From NCBI RefSeq assembly GCF_000150275.1, contig NW_002060961.1, forward strand, positions 1,082,172-1,146,171: 64,000 nucleotides of DNA, given 5' to 3'. This stretch comes from Trichoplax adhaerens (taxonomy: Eukaryota; Animalia; Placozoa). The position numbers and the translations under genes were made by a program. Below the pieces are notes generated by a model, which worked only from the letters and a program-made list of their open reading frames with translations, had not been told where the DNA came from and made no database searches. Positions 25,766 through 40,616 of this stretch are shown piece by piece (the first letter of the stretch is position 1; the number at the start of each line of letters is the position of its first letter).

Positions 25766-28700
25766 TATCTAACCATTTTATTAATTGGCTAACTGACAAT
25801 TTTCTTACCTTTCATCATTAACTTTTTCATTTATGTTCCTGATATCACATTGAATCAATTCTCTATCGTTTTCTCTATTCCTATTATTAATAGCCATTTA
25901 TTTTCTAGTCAACGTAAATCATTCAGATTAAAATTATCCATTAGTGTCAGCTGCTATGATATTATTAATGAAAAGTTTGCGTTCTGATTGATGCATCATC
26001 TACAGTAGATTTTCATGATAGGATTAGTTTCTAGCACTAATGCTTGACCGCAAGAAATTCTCTCTAACATTTTTTAATTAAGATCATTAATCACGCAATT
26101 TTTATTCTGAAATCCCAATAATAAAATATTCAAATCATAGAGATCTTTCACTCAATGTACATAACTTAATTTGTCTATCAATCATAAAACAGTTAGAACT
26201 TTCGAATTGCATAAACTATCTAACCTTCGGTAAGAATAACAAATTGTTGTAGTATTATCAACACTGGTTGAAATATATAGGTTTATATTTTTTCTTATCT
26301 TCATTTTAAACCATAGCATTTCATTCTGCAATTTTATGAATATGGAATATAGTTTGTATATTTTTTAAAAATTTCTTGCAAAAATATCTTAAATAAAATA
26401 TATCTACAAAGGATTAAATAACATTTTCATCAATCTTTCAGATGAAATTCCTTTTGCATAAATAAAAAATTTCATCAACGTTTAAGTAGATTCGGTTAGA
26501 TTTTCTTTTCTCTTCTTGACATAACGTCATTATTATAAATTTCCAAAACTGATCGTCAAAAATCAATCTAACGTCGTCAATCTTTTTATTATAGATAAGG
26601 AAAAAAATTTGTAGATCTACCGGTTACATTTTATTGACACATAAGATTATGTTATCGTGTACTTGTGCAATTATGATTTGTCTTGTCAACCTGCGTTAGG
26701 GCTACTTTTCTATGAAGTTTAATTGATATTTCAATCTACAAATCAACTAAGTCTAGGGCAGATTATAACTAGTCAACTATGTATAGCATATAAGATGATT
26801 GTTTAGCAATAGATTATATCGAATCGATGGAACAATATGAATAACGATCACGTACTTGATTCCTTTATCCCTCAATGGTATATAAAATTGATTATAATTA
26901 CAGCATGCTTCACTTTCTTGACATCTCTAATATTAATCTATTGAACTAGTTGAATTTTTTTAATAAATTGCAATTAATAGAATGTCTGGCTGGATGAAAT
27001 AGTATAAAAATTTTCTAAGATAACAAATCTTATTCGGTCAAAATGGATTTGGCTGATTTTAATTAGTTTTAAATCATACCGGAAAATTCTCTTGATATTG
27101 ATAACGAAAGTTGATAAAATCTTTATTTAGAAAAAGAATGATAAACGGATTTTTATGACATAATTAAAGACAATTGCATTATATTTACTGTAATCGATAA
27201 ATTATAACGATAAAATATCCAGTTTATTTAAAGAAAGCGATAACCAATCCTTCCGGATACACATTGTTTTAATTTTAAGTTAAACTAATATTAAAATTAA
27301 AGTAGACCCTCCTCTCGTTAACTTTTTTCCAAATGACCAGTTTAGGTTGATAGTTTAGTATGCTATAAAATGAATGCGTGTTTTCTTCTCAACATTAACA
27401 CCTAATTTTAATTCTTACCTTCATTTCTATCTATCATTATATTATAGTTTTTGCGCAATACATGCTAGAGAAATTTTGATGTTAAATATTGATGATAATA
27501 AGTTATAACTTCTTTTTCTGCAATCGGAAAAATACCTGCACTACCAGAGAAAATTTATAATACTTAACAGCTCTACAAAACGTCGCCAATCAAATCACAA
27601 ATAGTTGATGACCTTTCAATATCATGATATATTCATACTGTTTTATAAATTTTTTGATCTCAAATGTTAACATACGCCGATTTTGCTACCTGCTTATTGC
27701 AATTTTTGATCAGTATTCAAGTTTGTTATCCGGTAGATCAATATTGATGTGGGTCATTGCCGATTTATATATTTAACGCCAGATAATTCTTATAATGAAT
27801 TCAAACTGGCATCTTTAGTTTTCTATCTATGACGTAGACTTTAGCTTGCTACATGTATTCAGTTTATAGGAAATGATGTTTCTACTAAAACTTTATCATT
27901 ACGTCAACTAATTTATATCCTATTATAACGATGAGTAAATAAAAATAACCTAATGTTATTCTTTCAAAAGTATTATGACTGTTTTATTGGATTTTGTGAA
28001 CGACGCTAGTGCAGTAGTAGTTAACTTTAATTGTTTTAAACTAAAGGTAAAATTTATGTAATGAACACTGGCAAAAGGTTATGTATTTTTAATAGTATAT
28101 TCATGAAAGCCGTTATATTATCGAGGAAAAACAATGTTGAAAATTTTAGGAGCGTTAAATTAAAAACTTTTTATCGACTGTGTAGTTGCTAGCATTTCTA
28201 CATAATTAATGAACTTTATAGCATATATTTCTGATTTGTAATGAGTTATTTCGATCAATTAATATAACGCTGTTCTTAAGTTATTGGAGCTTGGCCTCAT
28301 GCTCAAATGTTGTGGGCTAAAAATTTCCGTTTTTTTCTAATTAATTACAGGAATTAACAGCACTAAATATATGGAAATATTAATTATCATGCTTAGAATG
28401 CTATCAAATTGTCGCTAAATTTGTTAATCGGTGGTTCCGATAGCGTGATTTAAGATTAAAGTAATAGTTTATTACTGAGTTTCGTCAACATCTATGTTAT
28501 ACTGAGTCAGGAAAATCTCATTCTATAATTTTAAATCTTCCTTCAAATTTTTGGCTATTATGTATATCGCTCTTCATGCAATCAAATGTGACACTTTCGG
28601 TTTTAACTATTAAGTAAATAAATTAATAATTTATTAAATGTAGGCTAAAATAGTTTTACGGGTAAAGCATAGAATTTATAGCATAACTCATCGCTTAAAG

Positions 28701-31700
28701 CGATAGTAATCTCAATTGATAACAACAAGAGCATAGTCCGCCAAGTACCTCTTAACCTGAAGCAATCATAAGATTTAGCTGCTTAAGCTAAATGATAGCT
28801 TGCTTGTTCGATAGTAAAATAAGAAAATATAGATTAGCATTGTTCATTATATTTTTACTCAACTCAACAATATAGAATTGAGCATGATGGTTTTAATGTA
28901 CCTTAATTTCACAATATTAATGATTACGAATCCAGCAGTGTCATAATACAATAGTTTGGTATTTGTTATATTATGCAAAGTTTCGTGATGATTTCAGATT
29001 ATACCAGGTAATATTACTTACTTACGCTAGTTTAAAATCATAATATCCAAAATTGTGTACTATAAGAGTTTATTTTTGTAATGAAGGAAAGCCTATGGTG
29101 AAAACTAATTGCAGAAAGCTTATGATAAGTTCCAATATCATAGTTCCGACTAAATTGAAATATTTAATTGTTTGATATATTGTCAATACGACAACATAAC
29201 ATATCGAACCTTTGAATCACATAACAGCTGTTTCGATCAATATTAGTGAATGATAGTTATTTGATGACATAATTAAAACCAGCCCAATAAGATTATTGAT
29301 AACATATTCTAGTTTAGGTTTTGGACTTAAATACGGAAAAAGGGTCATTTTTTAAGACATTATAATGTATCTAGCCTCGAATATTAATTCCGTTCTGGTA
29401 AAAATTATAACGCATTAATGCTTATTTTAAATTTTATTGCAATTTTTCTTACATATCATTCGATTAGCGCTATAATTTGTGTGAGAAGTTTAAAAATGTA
29501 GTTCATCAGCGTACTTAACATCACAAACTATTGCAAATTAAACGACTAGTTTCGCTTTTAATCATGGTTTGAAGGATTATACTATATTGCCAGTTCATAT
29601 GAAAGTAGAACACTGACTGGTTCAACAAATCCAAAATCATTTATCTAAAGCTTTGTATAGTTATTGACGATAAGATGATACTTATACTCCTTGATTAATG
29701 CAAAATTTGTGTCATCTCAGACCTTGAATGATGTTCTTATCTCTTTTATTTAAGGAAATAAACTTGAGCTTTAACCAGATATGTTTCTGGAAACTCTACT
29801 AGTCTTTGTGTCCTCTAGATAATAGGCTGCTTCGGAAGAGATAATCTTAATAGTAACGGAAAGAGATACATGCTGAATAGCATTAAAATTATTCATTGTT
29901 GGTGCACCATTGACTATAAAGACATCATGATAATTAATGCTAAATAACAGAATTCGCAACTTGTGACTGTTATTAAAATGGTATTGACGTCAATTTTTAA
30001 AATGTACCGATTCTATATTCATCATAGAGTTCATGAATTAAGGTATAAAATCGAAATAGCAGTTTCTATTGAAACATTAGAATATAGCATTATATAAATG
30101 TAATTCATTGGAATAAGTTTAATGACAGATAAGGCCAATGCTGTTAATATTTTCATTTTTAAATTGCTTGGAGGTTGTCTGTTTTTCTATGATATGAACC
30201 ATTTAAAGTTTTTGCTAGGATGCAAGCTTTTCATGTAATTATACAACTTCATTTCAATAGCCTATCTGTCCATCATATCTAGTTCAATATTCTAGTATTA
30301 CAACTTTTTTAAATGACGAAATTGAAAGAATATAAAGTAACTAGAGCCATTAATTATGATGCTAGCAAAAATACTCTCTTGTTTGATGTAGCTTATAGAT
30401 ATAATGAAACTAAAGTGTTGATGATCAGCAGATGCTACTGATGACTCTAGATTATAAGAACATTTCGTAATTTAAAGATATTGTTTAAAATATCTCGCGT
30501 CTGGTATTTAAAAGTATTTTATTAACTAATGATTAATAAATTCTAGATCGATTTAGAAAAGAATGTTCTTTGTATTACCATTTTCGGAATTTTCATTCTT
30601 ATATATTCTGAACTTAGCTCCTTTTAAATGAAAGAAAATTATTCTATCACGTTACAATAAATTGTAAACAATATATAGGAAGGGTTTAGCTTTAATGTCG
30701 GTCACATGAATTTTGTAAAGTGATTTAATACTTATAGTTTTTACTTATATAATGATCGAAAGTTTTTACTAGGGCTATTGGCAAAAAATTATTGATAATG
30801 AATATTCTGCTTTGTTATGAGTAGACAGGCAATATATTTGATATACTTCCATTTTGTGCTATATAATTCAAATTCTATTTCAGTAGAGTAAAATTATTTT
30901 ATAAATCAGAAGTTTCGTAAATTTTTCATAAAACGAAACATTTTTTAGGTAAGGTTTCAAGAAATACCTCGAATTAAACCTAAATGTCAATAATAATCCA
31001 AGTGCTGTAAAATATTGGAACGAAATGAACTACGAATAGTGCGAATAATATCAAGCAATTTATATTTAAATTTGAGCGATAATTTAAAGATTAAGTTGCT
31101 AGTAGTAAATGATTTTGCTATTAATTGTCGTAAATAGATATAATGCACGAACCATTGTTGTCTGTATTTCTAAAATACATTTTAAATACTTCCAAACTAA
31201 ATTTTGATGGGCAGTATTATAAATAAATCGTAGAACAATTAAGATTTATTTGGTTGCAATAGCATCAGTAACGTAGTATTAATTAGTAGTATCACAGAAG
31301 ATTAGATTACAGTTCCCCTCTGAAAGTTATTATTAGTTAAATATCAGCACTATACTTGTATTCTTAATCGATTTACAGTTAAATTTTAAACAATGGGTCG
31401 ATTTCTAGCTATGCTATGAGGATGCAGTTATGTAACCCAGGATTTCATGTTTAGGAGCAGCCTTTACAATAGATAAAGAGTCCGTTGTGGTCAACATAAG
31501 ATGTATTTGTTAGATAGTTCTAATCGCAGGAATAGACAAGATTTATGAAACAATGCTAGCTAATGAAAATTTTGAATTTACGAGAAAATGTTTACAATTG
31601 TCTCATTATAGTATCATAATTCTAATACATAGCGTATGCTCTGAGAAATTTTTGGAGTAATGCTTTAGCGTAGAAATGGTATTTTTGGCCTATAGGGTCA

Positions 31701-34700
31701 TACGTCATATATAAGCCACGAAATTAGCAGAATTAAATTTATTAGACTATTAACCGTAGCAGTACATAGGGTCTTTGTATTTTAATTTATAAATATCAAG
31801 TGAAAAAATGCACGTATAAAAGTGATTTCCGTTATTCATTTTGATGATTGATTATTTCAAGCTATAAATAGATAAGGAATAGTTAGAAATCATTGTCTAA
31901 AAGACTTCAAAAGTAATAGTTCAAAAAATTGAATACGTTCGCTAATATTTACCGTAAACTAAGAAACTTACTCAAACAATTGATTTCTGTAACATTGAAA
32001 AATTCGTCTCAAACCTCCCTACTAGTCATGTTATAATATAGTCAAGTAGTGCCATACTACACTGATAACAATTTTTATGATAAATTTTCAAATTCTCTCG
32101 ATTAATAAATACTACTTGTGACTCCGAAACTTTATACTCGAAAGAGATTAGCGAATAAATTATAATTATAAAAAATTTATTTCCTTTCACTCATCTGTAC
32201 TTTGAAATATAATTTCTATTTCAGTTATGAATCTCACACCGTATTGTTCATTACAAGCGGGAAAGGTAAAAGACCACGTTTTATATGGCTAATCAAGACA
32301 CTAGATATTTTGTTTATCTAGTATTTAATTATAGAGCGCTGATAAATGTCCTATCTATACAAAGCAAAAGGGTCAGAAATTTTAGCTCTTTATTATAGTT
32401 GACAAAATATAAAGTATCTACTGTTAATTTTGAACGAATATAGGTACAGCTATCTCTACCTTAGCTATCTGTTCTGACTCACAGATTAGTATGTTACTTA
32501 ATAGAAACAAAAAAAACGTTATGCCTAATTAAATTTTCTGTTGGAAGATATTTCATAGAAAAATTGTACATTGGAATGGCGTTGCTGTAGTTAGGATTCT
32601 TAGCGTTTGACTTGAAATAATCAGCGAAATGAAACTAAACATTATCAACATTTTTGCAAGCAGATTTTCTTGAAGAATCGTATAATCAATCATTGATGTA
32701 ATGCTCGATATTTTCTTGTTGCTAGCAATCCTCATACATAATCGCAAGCTAATAATGGCTAAGGGTTGCATATCTTTAGCTTTCAACGTCAAAAATTAAA
32801 ATTAATTCCCATTGGTAACGCTACACCATTATAGAGGAAACAAGATGGCATAAAATATTATTTTGAATTCTGTTGCTATACAAAAGAGATGTTCAAAACT
32901 ATTAAGACAGCAAAGCCTTTGTCTTAGATTTTTAAAATGGAAAAGTTCTTTATGATCACGTCTCGTAATTTCATTTATGCTGCATCATAATATGTCACTA
33001 GTTGCACAATTATGCCATGAAAAATTATGCAGTACTATATTGATTACATAATGATAAATACAAGAATTTGTGGCAAGTAAATTATTATTCTATGAAGAAA
33101 GGATCGTAAAATTTAGACTAAAATGGGAGTAGTAGGTACTTATTTAGTAATGCTTGCAATGTAAGCTGGAATTTGTTTTAATTTACTGCTGTCATGAAAT
33201 TTTTTATTTCTTTCTTGTAAATAGTGCGAAACTAGGGTCCTTTATAGTTTTATTTAGTCAAATTTATAAGGTTGCTAGAGTAATTAATTAAAATGGACGA
33301 GGGCGAGTCATCATCTGGAAAGGTTGTTTATTCATTAAAATAGAAAATAGAAAAGCTGCCATATATCATAGACTGACGAATTATTCATTTATTATCAGGT
33401 AGCAAAGCTAATTGAACACACTGTACATAGCAGTTCATTGCTTAAATGACCCACAAATGAATGGTAATACCGTGGAAAAATTTCTCCTATAGATTGTACC
33501 AAAATTCCAATAGATCAGAATAACTGTGTTATGTATAATTATAATTATCCGGCTTTATATGTGGAAAATATATGAATTATATGATACAGTACTGCATCAC
33601 AAACTTTATATTTGGAAAAGATTTCAGAATATCTGGTTATAAAAGTGTTTGTTTACGGTATTTAATTTTTTAATAAAGTTTATTCGCAATTCCATGATAA
33701 ATTACGCTGAGAGAATGTTCACACTGAATCAAGCTTACAACAATAAAATTTCTAACTGCATACTTAAGTACAATACGGTTAGAATAAATATTTTAAAAAT
33801 AGATTGCAGATGGCAAATAACGATATCAGATGGCCAATCAGGCAAATTTTTATATCTGATGTCAGATTGCTAATAGATACTCTCAATTTAAATAAGAGGA
33901 TGCATGCCGTCTGAAATCTGCCATTTAAATTCTTAATAGATATGTTTTATCCTAGGCTTGACTTCCTATTATAATAGGATATTGAATCTAAAGCAATTTA
34001 TTGAAGCCTAAAAGCTTAATAAATTATTTCGATAGCAGCTACAATCCAATATGATCTTAATTTATTTCATTGACTTTAATGTTTTAAAGTTCTAGTAATA
34101 GTAAATGCTTTATTATAATTTTAAATTATTCTTTATTGACGCCAATATAGCAGGATAAATTTATTAGCTGTTGTAGCAGACATGTGGGTATCTTCGTCTG
34201 TGACTGATTTTTTTCACTTACGCAATTATAAAACTGGATAATATATCTGATATATGAGTAACTCGTCTTATTACAATTTAAGTATTATATTAATTATTAG
34301 CAGCCAAAACATAAGTAGAAACTGATATCATGGTCATTATAATGAAGTTGCATGAATCTTGCAATTTGATATTATAGTGCTAACATCATTTTTTGTTAGA
34401 GGTATATACATCTTTATTAATCCCTCTTTGAATTTTAGATAGAGATATTTAGCCGTAAAATCTTATATTTGCTTATAGATTCCTATTGAGATTAGATTTT
34501 CGATATCAAATTCTTATTTGGAATGTGTATTTTGATTTACTCAAAACGTACATCATATTGGTTATTGAATTATTATTCCTTCTTTATAAGCATCAAAATC
34601 AGCAGGAAGCATCTTGTCTAAGAATTTGCGGTGCAACATGATTTAATTCTTAAATTTGAACTAAATAGGCCATTTAATTATCTTATGTGATAAGGTAATA

Positions 34701-35717
34701 TCATACATTGAAAACACGAAATTTGTAAATGACTGAATTTTTCGATTTGAAATTTTGAATTTACACAACTGACTGGTATATATTCGCGATTAGGGGTTTT
34801 TATTTTCTTTTAAATTGGTAATATGGTAATCTTATTAATCGATGGTCACGGTAAATATGTAAATATGAAGAAATAGTTAAAATCAGAGGTGTCGATGGAA
34901 ACTTGTAATAATTACTAGATAGTATTGAATATACCAGGTAGCGGCGTTGAATTTTGAAGTAATTCATGATTCTCAATCGAATGTTTGCAAGCAACGGTTA
35001 ACTTTATTCGAAGGCTGTTGAATTCAACTTGATACTGCTCAAAAATTATAATCAAAATCTATGGTAAGCTAACCTATCTACGAACAGCGCTGCTAATTTG
35101 ATAAAGTAATGGATTTGCAAGTAATAATCGCTATTTTCAGATTCTCATCTCGATGTAATCAAACGAGATATTAGCATTTTAGTTAAATTATAAATATGTT
35201 GTTACCCTTATAAGCAAGCAATCTACAAAATCATGACAAAATCAAAATATAGGTTCATGAGTTCTGCTTATATGTACGAGGTATCATGCTTTTCAGATTA
35301 ATGTTTAAAATATTACAGCACTACGAAAATTGTGAAATTTTTACCGTCGATTTAATCAAAACAGATAGCCAAAATAATATTTGATTCTAAGTCTTGATTT
35401 TAGAGATGAAATGGTTATGAAAACAGAAAGAAAGTGTAATTTATTTTGCTACAGTTGCAATTGAACAAGTATATTATCAAACCTTTTGAGTATTTGCTTT
35501 CATCCTGGCAAACTTAGATTGGCTTTAATTTTTCTTTAACTTCTGTAATGGTTATTATAGTATTGATGAATTTCGCGCGTAGTAGAATTAATTCTGACCT
35601 CAGCTTTGCCAAATAAGTGATTGTTTGCCAATAGTCTATTCTCCTATTTTATCATATACTTTCGGAAACAGTTTAATTAACATTATGCTCTTATTCCAAA
35701 GAAAAATGAAAATAATC

Positions 35718-36712
35718 ATGGTGGCTTCTTTCTTGAAACAGACCGAGAATGACAGCCTGACACTTTCTTCTAAATTTACTTCTGATTTCACATACCAATT
35801 ATGCTTAAATGCTAGCGTAGATCCCTTTATAGTACAAAATAGCATCGCTTATGCTATCATAGCTATGATAATTCTATTAGTCAATGCCAATGTGTTGATG
35901 CAATACACATACGAAAGGTGGCATGCTTCAAGAGATCCTATAACTGCGTGTTCACTGAGCATATTTATATCCGGTACATTGTTCGCTCTCCTGTATTTAT
36001 TGCCTTATTTTTTTTTGGTACTTCTTGGATAAGTTTTGATGCTGCAACTTGCAAGATTATTCATCTAACTGGTAATGGTCTCATTATGTCCATTCATCTT
36101 ACTCTATTTTTACAATGGATTATTACTTACTTTTACCGAGATCATCCAATAGGCTGACAAGATATTGTTGCTAAAAAGCGGGTAGCCTTTACCTTATTTA
36201 CTATTTGGTTAATTTGCTTTAGTACATACTTTCCAATATTGAACATGAGTACTTCAGTACTAGAACAGAGCTTCTTCATGCAGTTAAATCACCCAATTTT
36301 GACTGATCTTTCTATCATTGTATCATTCATTTGCTCTCTGATAATTTTGGTATCTTATCGGCTTGCTGAATATCTTCGTCATTCTGGTCTTGGTTGCGTG
36401 AACTTATATGGAAGAGATAGTATTTGGAATACATTACTAAGGATTACCTTAAGAGCTCTTTTCAGACGTCCTGGTTTGGCTATCAGCAATTACATTTTGC
36501 TTTGGTTACCGTACATAATGATGATATTGGTAACATTCAGCTATCCTACGAGAAATACTCGTACGTTGGCAATAAAAAGTTTTTGTAGATATTTGGCGTT
36601 TTCTTATCCTATAGCTTATTCAATAACTTATCCTGCTTGTCATATAAGGGTTTTCAAAAAGATTTATAGATTTTTAATGAGTGATGCCCATAATAGTCTA
36701 CCACAAGAGTAA
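35718..36712 (+). pseudogene. Frameshifted paralogue of the YLxPRW/FSYPA orphan GPCR family
   Basis: Collinear pieces in different frames: SIFISGTLFALLYLLP (TM2), then a shift at the T9 run 36008-36016, TCKIIHLTGNGLIMSIHLTL (TM3), a shift to MDYY (DRY position), then a shift to IWLICFSTYFPI (TM4), LLWLPY (TM6) and RYLAFSYPIAY (TM7, NPxxY decayed). Confidence 0.85.
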
Positions 36713-39700
36713 ATTTATAACTGAAGATTGCAATTGGTAGACTACAATTTGAAATGTCGAAATATTTTAGTTACAGAAGTATTGGTTGAAATTTTACAGC
36801 TGAAATTAGTTTAGATTAATTATTTGACATGTTTTTGGAAACAACAGTTTTAACAGCTGACTGTGGTCTTAGACTGTTGCTGATATTGGGTGAAGCATGA
36901 CTTAGAGAAAGACTACAAACCAGTTTTGATTAAGGCTATCAGGGTTATAAAAACCGTAAATTCTTTTTTCAACAATGATGTTGTCATGGTAGTATGTTAC
37001 TAATCAACTGATTGTATTTACTGATTAGTTAATGATGCATACTTGTTGAATGGTCCAGATAAGATTATACACTATGTTTGATGTATCGTTTTGCTGGGCT
37101 TATAGTTAATACTACGCTAGTAGATTTGTGATATAAAATGCAAACTATCGCCGGTTAATTTACTGTAAATTGAAAGGTATGCTAAGCTCTTATAATTAAT
37201 TGAGCTGCATATGGTCGGAATTCACTTCAGGATTCTATTTGATTGCGTGTATTATAAAATAAAAGTTGCAATTGCTTAATTTAAGAAGTGTACAGGAATC
37301 GTAGTGCGAGAAAAATTATCTGTGGATTACAGCCGAGAAATTGAGTTCTCATGCATCGCTCACTTATTAGCGACTGAAAATACTAGTATACCGAATTATT
37401 ATACTTCCACCAGAGTTTCTTGCAAATCTATGCCATAAATGACAAGAGCGAGAAACGCTATCGCGTATAATATGTAGCTCAAGCTATGAAAATGCCAGCG
37501 AATTGTACATCTATTTGGAATCTGATGATGGACTAAAGGTACAGTACTGTATGAATTCCTTGATGGAATCTGTTCCAATATGAAATCTTAAGAGTTATAA
37601 AATAAGTCGATATAGCACAGGAAATGTTCTGGCTCTTAGGAATAAATCATACTATTATGACTTATGTACTATAATCTACGATTATCATTAAAAGCTAGCA
37701 AAAAGCTTTAAATTTATGGATTTCTACTTGATCCGAAGGATAACGGTCTCAGAATTACAGATACCCGATATCAACTAGAAGAACAACATGCGCGTAGTTA
37801 TGATTACTAACTTACGGTGCAGCATCTATGTGCGGATTTAGTTTCTAATTTAAGAATATCTGCTATCAACATCAAAGACTGTAACAAAGTAATGGTTACA
37901 AAATGTAAGTAAAGCATTGTGCACGGATTCATTAGTTTTAATATAGTGGTATTTCCAGGACTTAAAGCTGACACCGCCGACTTTCGAGATCTTGGATTAA
38001 CAGTAGTAAATGCTTGAAGCCCAACACGACAGCATGATTGCATGTCAATTGTGATTAAATTTTTAGAAATGTCAGCTTTTGTAACTGCAAACTTTAAGCA
38101 TTAAGTATTAAAATCGAGTGGTGAAACTAAGAGAAAATAGCGATTAATCAATAATCCATATGTAAAGTAGCAATTTCTGCTATGTTATTTAATATAATTA
38201 TTTGCATTTTGATCAGCCTTCAGAAAGTAGTAAAGTTAGCTGCTAAGTTTTATGAAACGGTGTATGGCCGAGCAAAATTTGTTAATAATCGAAATAAAAT
38301 TACAAATTTCCCCTAGAAAGTATTCTATGCGCAGATCAAAGTAAAAATAGTATAGCAAATATTTTATTAAATATTTATAATCTTCCAAGGTTAGATTTAC
38401 GATAGGCAGTTAATGAAAGTTAAATAGAAAGCATTTGATTCTATCTATAATGCTCGCTTAACGGATCCGATAAGGAGATTTTAGCTTTTAAAATTATGAT
38501 TAGTACACAAAAGCTTGCTAAAAGCTTTAAAAGAGATAGGGTGGGCACTATCAAAGGGTTAATCATGGTAAATCATGCAATTATATCATGAGTAGAAAAT
38601 GATTCGACTCGATATTTTCACATCATTACTTAGACCATGATATTTCAATAGTCTGACTGGATTAACTGTAAAGTACAAATTCTAAAATCTTAATAGATTG
38701 ATAGGTTATACTGTATTCCAAGATTTATAATTGTGCAAATCATTTCTAATTTAAAGACACGATCGTTGATTTTGCCATATTCTTTCCGCGATTTGATTGA
38801 TGAAATATTAAGAAATAATTCTTAGTTTATTTCTATTACTAGTACGTAAAATCCGGCAATAAGCTGTAAAGAGGTCAAGAAAATTTATGGACAGCATTGA
38901 AGGAGATTTAATTGTCCTCTAGTCTTGCTGATCTTTTTAGATCATGTTGAAATCACATGATCAATACGTAAATTGAAAATAATATGAACTTTTTCACATT
39001 GACCGAAATTCTTTAGACTATGACACATTGATAGCTTATAGGTTAATTTAATATCGAAAAAAGTATATCTCCTATCATTGTTTTAAGTAGCTTGGAAAAT
39101 AATTCTACTCTACGAGCATGTACATCATTACCATTATTACCATTTAATGTGGCAGATTAAATTATTGAATTATATATTCTTATTACTTTCAGACCTTATT
39201 CATCATAGTTATGCTATCTGTTATAGTTAAACTTTACAGATCCTTTCGATTATAAACAGTGACGATTTGCCAATATATAATTATATGTCTATCTCACCCT
39301 CTACCTGAACGGCTTTTACTAGCCGTAAGAAAACAATATCTTTTAGCAGTTGATATCAAAGGTAATTAAATCATTAAAAAGTTTAAAAAAAGAGAATTCT
39401 AAAAGTCAATCTTCAGCTTTATGACTTATCTTTTAACAACCTTTGCAATCTAATAATGATGCTGTATGATATTTCTTTTCTAATCTCAATCTTATGCTAG
39501 ATTATATTTATCGTGAAAGATAATTTTCGATCACATACTAACATTGTACATACTTATGAAGCTTAATCTCATTAATTCTGCTTTATTACTATATTTTATT
39601 TCGTGGAATTTTATTATATGACTTAGTTAGGCCTAGTACAAAATTAGATCAGAGAAAACCTTTTCGCCAGATCTCTCACCAATTTAGTAGAAGGGGCTAA

Positions 39701-40616
39701 GTTATATTGTTATCATCGTACAAAAAATTAAGGTATATTTCTGAGTTAAATCAACTTTAAATATTTCTTTAATGTCTACGGTATATTATAATAAGAAAAC
39801 GTTACCAATTCGATGGGACTGCCTTAGGTAATACAATTATTTAATTCTACTCTGTCAACCCAGACGACTTTTTGTAAACCTAATGATATCAGAAAATCGG
39901 CCAGCAATTTTTGATGCATGAATTAATTTTTACGGATATTTTGTTATAGCAGTAGATTTTCACTATCATTTTAATGTAGCTCATAAAATATTTGATTTCT
40001 ACGTTATATTTATGCTTACGTATGCATTAAAGTTTGTTTTACCGTATATATTAGATATTATCGAAGAGGAGTATTAGTTTCTAGTGCAGGAAATTTAACA
40101 TTTTTACTCTATCTTTAGGAATTGCCACAGTATCAATTAATAAATAAACTGTCTGCAGTTTATTTGAGAAAATTATTGAATCAAATAGTAGATCAAACTT
40201 AATATTTATACGAAGTATTAATGTAGTAAATAAGGTGTTTCTAGTCCTGACAGTCTTTGCATTGTTTCCTAAGATTCAATATACCTGTAATGGTTATGAT
40301 TACTTTAGATTTTGCTAAGCTTGCATTATTTTTAAGAAAGAGTGCTACGGGTACTGAATTGGTCGTAGTTGCAGAATATTTCGAATTTGAGTTAATGTTG
40401 GAGCTTCAAGTGATTGCGCATAAAAGTTTCAAATTTTTTCTACAGTAGCACAGATTTTTCAGTTGCAAATATCGCTGTTCAGTCTTTACTAAGCAACCTC
40501 TAGATATTATTACATTAATAATAAACGATTTCTGCATTTTATTTATGATATACATATATAGGAAAGCTGAAGAAAGCTGTCAAAATCAGATAGCGTATCG
40601 ACTATAAATTACCGCC

